From positions 1,051,951 through 1,115,950 of the forward strand of contig CAVSHR010000005.1 in NCBI GenBank assembly GCA_963727625.1: a stretch of DNA of 64,000 bases. The letters run 5' to 3'. The stretch is from an uncultured delta proteobacterium. GTDB taxonomy: Bacteria > Desulfobacterota > Binatia > UBA9968. The notes under the pieces are model-generated. The model saw only the letters and a list, made by a program, of their open reading frames with translations. It was not told where the DNA came from and ran no database searches. Positions 59,378-64,000 of the stretch are shown piece by piece. The translations under genes and the position numbers were made by a program. Each line of letters starts with the position of its first letter. Positions within the stretch are counted from its first letter, which is position 1.

Positions 59378-60445
59378 GTGTTATGGCTCGATTGCTTATT
59401 TATGGACCTGGTCGGAATAGGTTGCACGGCGCTTCGCGCGCCGCTTGCCGCGCCGCTCATGACGGCGGCGGCATATTTTGGTCATGGTGCGGTAGGCAGC
59501 GCCGTAGCGATATCCCTGCTCGCACATGGATACCTATGCAAGAATGTCCGCACGAAACGCGCCGGGCTTGCCGTAATCATCGTTCTGATCCTCGCCGGAA
59601 CTGCGGCAGCCGTGCTGAAAAATATCGTTGACCTGCCGCGCCCCAAACTCAGAACCAGCTCCGGATTTCCCTCCGGCCACACCAGCGCGGCCTTCGGTTT
59701 GGCCGCCGTTTTGGGAGTCGTGTTCCCAAGCGCAAGTCCGGTTTTCTATCTCCTTGCCGTGCTCACCGCCCTGTCGCGGCTTTATTATCGCGCCCATTTT
59801 ACCTGGGACGTGGTCGGCGGCGCCGTCATTGGAATCGCCGCGGGATTATCCGTCGGCCGAAAGCTCATCGGTCCGCCATTTGCCGTAATTCGGAGCCGCC
59901 TGAGTACGCTAGGCTTGTTGCTGCCTGCGGCAATCGGCATCGGGGTCCTGATATTTTTTCACGCGATTGAGCGCGAGATCGAAGCTTCCATCTCGGTAGA
60001 TCAGAGACCCACCATAAGCGCGGCCGAATCGTTGGACTTCGGCACGCTTGACGCACGCAAATCGCTGCGTAGCGGGTGGTACCAGGACGAGCTCTGGGAC
60101 AACGGCAAGCTGTCGCTCGTGTGGGCGGGGAAACGGAGCGCAGAAGTGGCCCTCGCCCTCCCGAGCGCGCGCGACTACCTTGTTTACCTGACGCTGTTCC
60201 CCTACTCGCCGAAAGGGTTGGTCTGTCAGCAGGTGGAAGTCAAGCTCAACGGCAAGCCGGTCGCCAACCTCTTCTTAGAAAAAGGCTGGCATTCCTACGA
60301 ATTCAGGGCGCCGGGCAAGATGATCGTTCCTGGCGACAACGTTCTCCAGTTTTCCTTTGATTACGACACCTCGCCCAAGTCGCGCGGCCTGGGCCCCGAC
60401 CCCCGCCCCTTGAGTGTGGCGTTCGATAGACTCGACGTATATTGA
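59378..60445 (+). CDS. PAP2 family phosphatase with a C-terminal extracytoplasmic beta domain
   Basis: The three PAP2 motifs KNIVDLPRP, FPSGH and SRLYYRAHFTWD; start uncertain. Confidence 0.85.
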   Translation: MLWLDCLFMDLVGIGCTALRAPLAAPLMTAAAYFGHGAVGSAVAISLLAHGYLCKNVRTKRAGLAVIIVLILAGTAAAVLKNIVDLPRPKLRTSSGFPSGHTSAAFGLAAVLGVVFPSASPVFYLLAVLTALSRLYYRAHFTWDVVGGAVIGIAAGLSVGRKLIGPPFAVIRSRLSTLGLLLPAAIGIGVLIFFHAIEREIEASISVDQRPTISAAESLDFGTLDARKSLRSGWYQDELWDNGKLSLVWAGKRSAEVALALPSARDYLVYLTLFPYSPKGLVCQQVEVKLNGKPVANLFLEKGWHSYEFRAPGKMIVPGDNVLQFSFDYDTSPKSRGLGPDPRPLSVAFDRLDVY

Positions 60446-60446
60446 C

Positions 60447-61586
60447 CTATGGCGAGACAGCCTTAGAGCGATTGTTTACCCGCGCATCTAGATACTCTTT
60501 TATCTGCGTCTTAAAGCGTTCCCGGGAGAACTGTGACGCATGTTGTCGAACGCCGGCGGGCTCAAACCTGTGCACATTCTCTCGAAAGTAACCGACGGCC
60601 TCGATGAGACTCTCGGCGGTCGCCTCGTGAAAGTATATCCCGGTGGGTTTACCGGAGGGTGGAACGTTCCCGGAATTTAACGGGACGACGGTTTCGAGCA
60701 CGCCTCCCTTGCCATAGGCGATCACCGGCCGGCCGCTCGCCTGCGCCTCGAGCGGTACGATGCCGAAATCTTCTTCGCCGGGGAAAATCAACGCTTGGCA
60801 CCGCGCGTAGAGCCGCGCCAGTTGGGCATCGTCGACCCGGCCCAAGAATTCGATATTGGGCTCCGCCATCGCCTCAAGCCTCTTGCGTAACGGCCCGTCT
60901 CCGATGATCTTCAGGGGTGCTTTTAACCGATTGAAAGCTGCGATGGCAAGATCAATCTTTTTGTACGGCACGAGAGCAGAAACCAGCAGGTAAAAAGGCG
61001 CCTGCTCGTTGACGATGTAGAAGCGTTCCAAGTCTACCGGCGGGTGAATCACCGTTGCGTCTCGCCCATAGAGTTTTTCGATCTTCGCCGCCACGTTCTG
61101 CGAATTCGCGCAAAAGAAATCCACCCTCTTGGACGAACGGAGATCCCACTTTTGCAGATACTTGCGGCAGATAGACATTCCCATTCGTACCGGCCAGGGA
61201 GAATCCGAACCGAAATAAGCATCGTACATGTCCCAAACGTAACGCATGGGCGCATGGACGTAAGCTACATGAAGGGCCCCCTTTGGCAAAACACCCTTCG
61301 CCACGCAATGGCTGCTGGAAATGATCAGGTCATACCCTCTCAAGTCGAGGCTCTCAATTGCGCGCGGAAAGACGGGAAGACAATAGCGATAATAATGTTC
61401 AATACCCGGCAGTCGACTGATCCAGGAGCAGTAAACCTTCGCGGAGCGAAGGGTCGGCGAAACTTTCTCTGGAAGGTAAATCAGCGTGTAAAGATCGGCC
61501 CTTGGGAAAAGCTCGCAAAAAACTTCAAGAACTTTTTCACCTCCTCGCATGCCTGTCAGCCAATCGTGGACCAGTGCGACTCTCAC
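60447..61586 (-). CDS. Glycosyltransferase family 4 (WbaZ-like)
   Basis: VHDWLTGMRGGEKVL, SSSHCVAKG and EDFGIVPLEAQASG. Confidence 0.92.
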   Translation of the reverse strand: MRVALVHDWLTGMRGGEKVLEVFCELFPRADLYTLIYLPEKVSPTLRSAKVYCSWISRLPGIEHYYRYCLPVFPRAIESLDLRGYDLIISSSHCVAKGVLPKGALHVAYVHAPMRYVWDMYDAYFGSDSPWPVRMGMSICRKYLQKWDLRSSKRVDFFCANSQNVAAKIEKLYGRDATVIHPPVDLERFYIVNEQAPFYLLVSALVPYKKIDLAIAAFNRLKAPLKIIGDGPLRKRLEAMAEPNIEFLGRVDDAQLARLYARCQALIFPGEEDFGIVPLEAQASGRPVIAYGKGGVLETVVPLNSGNVPPSGKPTGIYFHEATAESLIEAVGYFRENVHRFEPAGVRQHASQFSRERFKTQIKEYLDARVNNRSKAVSP

Positions 61587-61724
61587 CGATGATTCCTTTA
61601 GCCGGAGCGATTAGCAGAGGACCACGAAAATGGGAGAGTGTTCATATTACTAGGGTTGTAAATATTTCCCCGCGCGCACAAATTATCCACCGGCCCAGCC
61701 TGATTGTCTCAGTCCGGAAAAGAA

Positions 61725-61855
61725 TTCACCGCGGAGGCGCGGAGGTCGCCGAGAAAAGAATTTTATCAAGAAATACTCCGAACTCTGCGAACTCTGGGCC
61801 TCTGCGGTCAGTCCTTCTTTTTCTCCTTTGATTGCGGCTTCGCCACGCTGGGTTT
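61725..61855. repeat. CACCGCxGAG...CTCTGCGGT palindromic intergenic element
   Basis: ttcaccgcggaggcgcggaggtcgccgag pairs with ctctgcgaactctgggcctctgcggt and is followed by tgattgcggcttcgccacgctg; related to 56025-56045 and 59185-59235. Confidence 0.6.
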
Positions 61856-61924
61856 TAGCGCAGCGGGTTGTGGTTGGAGAGATAGGATAGCCCTAAATTC
61901 GAACGGTCTACCGACCGCCAAATT

Positions 61925-62335
61925 TTAGCCGCCTTCCACCTTTTTTGCCAACTCCACTACCCATCTGGCGTCCTCAATGGCTTGGCGCGCGTCTTCCTCC
62001 GTATACTCTTCGGTGGGGATGAAATCGATGTCGCCGTAAAAAGCCAGCTCCCGTTCCCTGCGCAGACGTTTAGAAATAGCCGCCGCCCGCTCAAGGTCAT
62101 TCGTAATCGTTGACTCAAACCTGTCGCCATGTTCCAGGAGGAGGCCGCCAACGTCGTGATATTTAGGGGGTTCCACTCCTACAGCCCGAAGCATACCCTT
62201 CAGGGCGAGTTCAACCGTCTCCTGCGCCTCGCGAACAACATCGGAAAAATTTCGCCTTTTTCTCAAGGCCTCTAATGCATCCAATCGAGTCTCGGCCTTC
62301 CAAATGTAGCTCTTTGCCAGGTCGCGGTTGGTCAT
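61925..62335 (-). CDS. HEPN domain protein
   Basis: AQETVELALKG, PKYHDV, R.LAFYGD and YTEEDARQA; ATGA-coupled to the MNT gene. Confidence 0.85.
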   Translation of the reverse strand: MTNRDLAKSYIWKAETRLDALEALRKRRNFSDVVREAQETVELALKGMLRAVGVEPPKYHDVGGLLLEHGDRFESTITNDLERAAAISKRLRRERELAFYGDIDFIPTEEYTEEDARQAIEDARWVVELAKKVEGG

Positions 62336-62823
62336 AACTCAAAAATTTCTCCCGGCTTAAAGTCCGGTTTGAGATCCCAGTACCATGCGTTTCCGCAATG
62401 GATGCGACGAGCGCCAAGCTGCCGTAAACGACCGCGGACTCGATCTAAAAACCCCTTCAAGAAACCATCGCGGTCGTAGAGCAACCGACCATCTTCGACC
62501 AAGTCGATATAAAACAGTCCGCCTCGCTGCACTTCTGCCGGGGTTTTTAACACAGGGGACAAACACGTCGATATTCCCTGCAGGCTCAGGTTCGAGAGCA
62601 CAGGGCCCAGCCTTTTCTCCGCAACCTCGAATTCTGCGATGCGCCGCATGCGGCCGGAAGGAAGGGAATTACATACGACGAGCAGGTCAATATCGGAGTC
62701 CGGGCGTTGTGTTCCACGCGCCACCGAACCAAAAACAGCGACACTGACAAGCCTGTCGCCATAAAATTCGCGAAGCATAGCGAGAATGTCTCCGAGCAAT
62801 CTTTCGAAGGTTTCTTTCAACAT
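62332..62823 (-). CDS. Minimal nucleotidyltransferase (MNT)
   Basis: VFGSVARG...DSDIDLLVV; ATG at 62823. Confidence 0.88.
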   Translation of the reverse strand: MLKETFERLLGDILAMLREFYGDRLVSVAVFGSVARGTQRPDSDIDLLVVCNSLPSGRMRRIAEFEVAEKRLGPVLSNLSLQGISTCLSPVLKTPAEVQRGGLFYIDLVEDGRLLYDRDGFLKGFLDRVRGRLRQLGARRIHCGNAWYWDLKPDFKPGEIFEL

Positions 62824-63168
62824 GCGGGACGACGTTACCTTTTTTGTCGGCAAAATACCATGCCAACAAGGGACGAAAGCATGTCCGGGCGCCCGGCAAA
62901 CGATCGATCCAAGACGACCGTACATTCATCCGCTGGATCGTCGGCGACACGGCGTCGCGGTCGTAACTGAGAGTGTAGAGATCGGCTTCCGGAAAAAGCT
63001 CACAAAAAAACCTCCAGGCATTTTTTTCCGCCGCGCATGCCGGTCAGCCAGTCGTGAACTAGAGCGACCTTCATCAAAAAAATCTTCGGGGGTCGGCGCG
63101 TCTAACCTGATCCAAAATGACCGCCTCCCACGCAAGAGAAGCAATTCCTGTTTAGAAAATTTACAAAA

Positions 63169-64000
63169 TTAGCGGCTGGTGACGATGGAGCGCTCCAGTT
63201 TTTCGGCACTCCTGAGGTTATCGCGGAGGGTCTCGGCCTCCGCCCGGCGTTTCAAGTGACCGACGCGAACGCGGTGCCACTCTTTTCCTTTGACCCTAAC
63301 GACCGCAATGTAAGCGTCGTAACCTTTGTCCTTTAATTTGTTGACCAAGCTTGCGGCGATTTTTCTCTGCGCGTAGGAGCCCACTTGAACCGACCAAGGG
63401 CCGCTATCGCCGTCGGAAGAACGGGCAAGCTTATCTGTTTTAGCCGCGGCGTCGTGGGCCGGGGTTTTTTTCGAAGGCGTTTTTCCAGCGCCCTTGGCTA
63501 CTTGCTGAGGCGTCTTGGGTTTTTCGGAAGCTCGAGTTTTTTTCTCCTGGATCGCCGCGCGAGCTTGCGTCTGAGCGGTCGCGTTGGCGCCAGCATCCGC
63601 GCTAACTTCACCGCCTTCAACCACGGTTACCGGAAGCACGAGCTTGCCGCCGTCTTTCTCAGGAAACCACGCAGAACTTTCCTGCACTAGTGTCAGCTCC
63701 AAGGTGTAGCGACCGGGCTTTGCGGGTGCTTGGATCGCAGCCTTGAGATCAACCGACTCGCCCGGCTTGAGGTCACGCGGCAAGGGCGTGCGCAGCCCGT
63801 CGAAGACAACCGTTCTCCCTTTGTGATCCAGCCAGTGATACGAAAGATTCACGGCATAGCGGCCGTTGGAGTCGGGCTTGCTAGGCCAAGTCACGGGGCT
63901 GAGGTTTTTGACAGTGATACCCGCGGATACCATCTTGCCGCTCGTCATCTCAGAAGCGATCTTGTGGGACTCGAATGCCACCTGGAAACCGGTATCCGGC
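63169..64000 (-). CDS. SPOR domain protein with an NBR1/Wzt-C-like Ig domain (5' end outside the window)
   Basis: Ig-like domain LSYHW...RTPLP..LKPGES...PGRYTLELTLVQE..WF, Lys/Ala linker and SPOR WSVQVGSY...WHRVRVG. Confidence 0.85.
   Translation of the reverse strand, partial: PDTGFQVAFESHKIASEMTSGKMVSAGITVKNLSPVTWPSKPDSNGRYAVNLSYHWLDHKGRTVVFDGLRTPLPRDLKPGESVDLKAAIQAPAKPGRYTLELTLVQESSAWFPEKDGGKLVLPVTVVEGGEVSADAGANATAQTQARAAIQEKKTRASEKPKTPQQVAKGAGKTPSKKTPAHDAAAKTDKLARSSDGDSGPWSVQVGSYAQRKIAASLVNKLKDKGYDAYIAVVRVKGKEWHRVRVGHLKRRAEAETLRDNLRSAEKLERSIVTSR

Noticed and set aside
62926-63144. 72-aa ORF between the SPOR gene and MNT
   Set aside because: No motif or RBS support.

Overview
Bacterial chromosomal window of moderately high GC, with a gene set typical of a Deltaproteobacteria/Binatota-like organism (inference). 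Left part (1-17 kb): partial VIT1/CCC1 gene, peroxiredoxin, TetR regulator, Fe3+/sugar-phosphate-type ABC transporter, paaFGH(split)J-like beta-oxidation operon, AsmA, DUF4911 and rnr. An accessory island (about 17.1-32.9 kb) lies between a cytochrome c remnant and a comM remnant. It holds a LysR gene divergent from a 1772-aa signal-peptide/SpvB-Rhs polymorphic toxin with a colicin-M-like tip, a lipoprotein immunity gene, an orphan toxin/immunity cassette sharing about 990 bp with the main gene, and a third truncated cassette. The cassette array is broken up by two ~1-kb HUH (RAYT-like) transposase elements with inverted-repeat ends and stuttered flanks, one of them interrupted by an IS1182 with a 7-bp target duplication. 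Right part: a long minus-strand operon coxD-coxE-xdhC(x2)-archaeal-type riboflavin kinase-ubiX-IDI2-two FMN split-barrel proteins-macAB (candidate prenyl-FMN supply module), a type II secretion cluster whose secretin carries a C-terminal SPOR domain, glycan genes (frameshifted wcaJ-like gene, O-antigen ligase, GT4, PAP2), a HEPN-MNT pair and a partial SPOR protein. No rRNA, tRNA or CRISPR array was recognised. All family calls come from motif recognition by eye, not from database searches.
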